Shown piece after piece: positions 63,801 to 64,000 of a DNA stretch of 64,000 nucleotides. The stretch is taken from NCBI GenBank assembly GCA_002841695.1, contig PHAN01000002.1, forward strand, positions 90,807-154,806, in the 5' to 3' direction. Origin of the DNA: Elusimicrobia bacterium HGW-Elusimicrobia-1 (GTDB taxonomy: Bacteria > Elusimicrobiota > Endomicrobiia > PHAN01). Numbering within the stretch: position 1 is the stretch's first letter; each line of letters opens with the position of its first letter. The notes under the pieces were generated by a model, which was not told the DNA's origin, ran no database searches, and saw nothing but the letters and a program-made list of their open reading frames with translations. Made by a program: the position numbers and the translations under genes.

Positions 63801-64000
63801 ACGCCGGCACAAAAAATTACACATTAAGAAATCTCTTCTACGCCGGTCCCGGCGTCGTGAACGTTTATGAGGCGATAGCACAGAATTACGTCGATGTATG
63901 GGCAGGCGCCGGCGGCCGCGCGTGGGCCGCTGCCGACGAAGGCATCATAAAGAAAACGGCCAACTCCGGCGGCGACTGGTTCGCGCAGCGGTACGCGGTG
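60893..64000 (+). CDS. Large secreted protein with DUF2341-like N-terminal domain (3' end beyond window)
   Basis: Manual translation from ATG 60893 in the frame that continues to the window end; no stop met in the ~1.2 kb translated by hand, remainder unchecked. Signal peptide MPLTRPQLSRWVFASAAVFLAALALAIPSYA; DUF2341-like TEYQLQLTLNT...LRVTDSDGVTLLPYWVD...IWVRIPSVPVGEKTIYVYYNN. Not in ORF track because no stop codon is reached. Confidence 0.55.
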   Translation, partial: MPLTRPQLSRWVFASAAVFLAALALAIPSYADFWTENSASDFSNGYFSRTTSTVASPPIRIQNVADWYTVPGNTWQERQPVKITNSAGVLTEYQLQLTLNTKGYVDSAKLRSDGADLRVTDSDGVTLLPYWVDTSTPINANTAAPIWVRIPSVPVGEKTIYVYYNNSSTASSLSNRHNVDDFYEDWSSAAIDPGKWSMGGQAPFQITTSSKYAGAYSVRSGTITHGQESYIQFTVNPAMAARVTFWWATSCQPEINSDRLRFYVNNMDSHISLIGGEIPWTQTTQNLAAAPNTIRWKYNKNTDGISTGLDRGWVDFISVRKYTASPPTLDYSQSPEIVGYEYYFDGYYLSEVKDLGGENTHINSASWTVTTPAGTSANIQYRRSNYSFSLQSSTPTPWTALSNGAPLTNIQGRYLQYRADLSGPGTTSPALVEISVDHSPVPQRPSGFRGTAVSSTVIHWEWSDNSSNETGYRIYSGTVSVPAEGYVSSLTGMLCELGADATFYTEHNLSPNILYNRYAVAYSANGGNASSRSSDSRLLPAGVTTYSHAPVPVAEEFAFLPGAGVQYNTVPTETAIYQSTFMFTSDMSTTSVEYYRFVFSTQPSHSWVNTETVWIPNVSTVTHPDSGDLHIKKAMIIPQAGFNSESWYFHARTYNKGNIPSGISTLGPFYYRGSPSAITDLTAVPSPTDEGRVVLSWTAPSDNAGTAQLTNGRFVIKRRADFLINTTTQFDAAVTVANISTTAAAGQLQTYVVTGLTPGSIWGFSIRSVDYQGNYSDVSTHILDSANTRTAAAKVAKLVYVTPARTGEVGSPIGPITVEARDASDRVLRLDTAQNISLVTDSPDGEFSLSGDEGSFGITFVNIAAGSSQQSFFYRDLQSGNPTITADESPSADWASAQQQQTILPAKAIRYMVTHDGAGTIGIDENLTIYANDGYNAGNISVEYEGGMISTTTFSGMQVIPSTHMYASADAGTKNYTLRNLFYAGPGVVNVYEAIAQNYVDVWAGAGGRAWAAADEGIIKKTANSGGDWFAQRYAV

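Noticed and set aside
1-64000. tRNA, rRNA or known riboswitch genes
   Set aside because: No cloverleaf-like tRNA candidates or rRNA-like stretches noticed by eye; the structured repeats found do not match families I recognise, so they are reported as candidates rather than named RNAs.

Overview
GC-rich bacterial chromosomal window (by eye; not computed), almost entirely coding and strongly + strand biased; only two glycosidase genes are on the - strand. Content suggests an uncultivated, probably FCB-type lineage: several giant FN3-rich surface proteins end in FlgD-Ig/T9SS-like C-terminal domains and are each followed by a beta-barrel outer-membrane protein gene. The central block is an alpha-glucan (starch/glycogen) utilisation locus: three GH13 amylase-family enzymes, one cytoplasmic GH31-like glucosidase, CBM48-rich binding proteins, and a MalEFGK-type ABC transporter. 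Signalling genes are two GGDEF cyclases, a MerR-HTH/receiver fusion and a histidine kinase/response regulator pair. The window is unusually dense in palindromic repeat families (REP with a RAYT transposase, MITE-like elements, hairpins built of 7-nt periodic arms). Several repeats overlap gene starts and encode the signal peptides, and three AT-rich selfish-type mini-genes (RAYT, frameshifted DUF559, four-helix-bundle protein) sit nested inside them. The best candidates for something undescribed are a tandem array of covarying hairpins in a ~790-bp leader and a duplicated two-gene cassette of unknown function. All domain calls are from motif recognition by eye; no database search was run.
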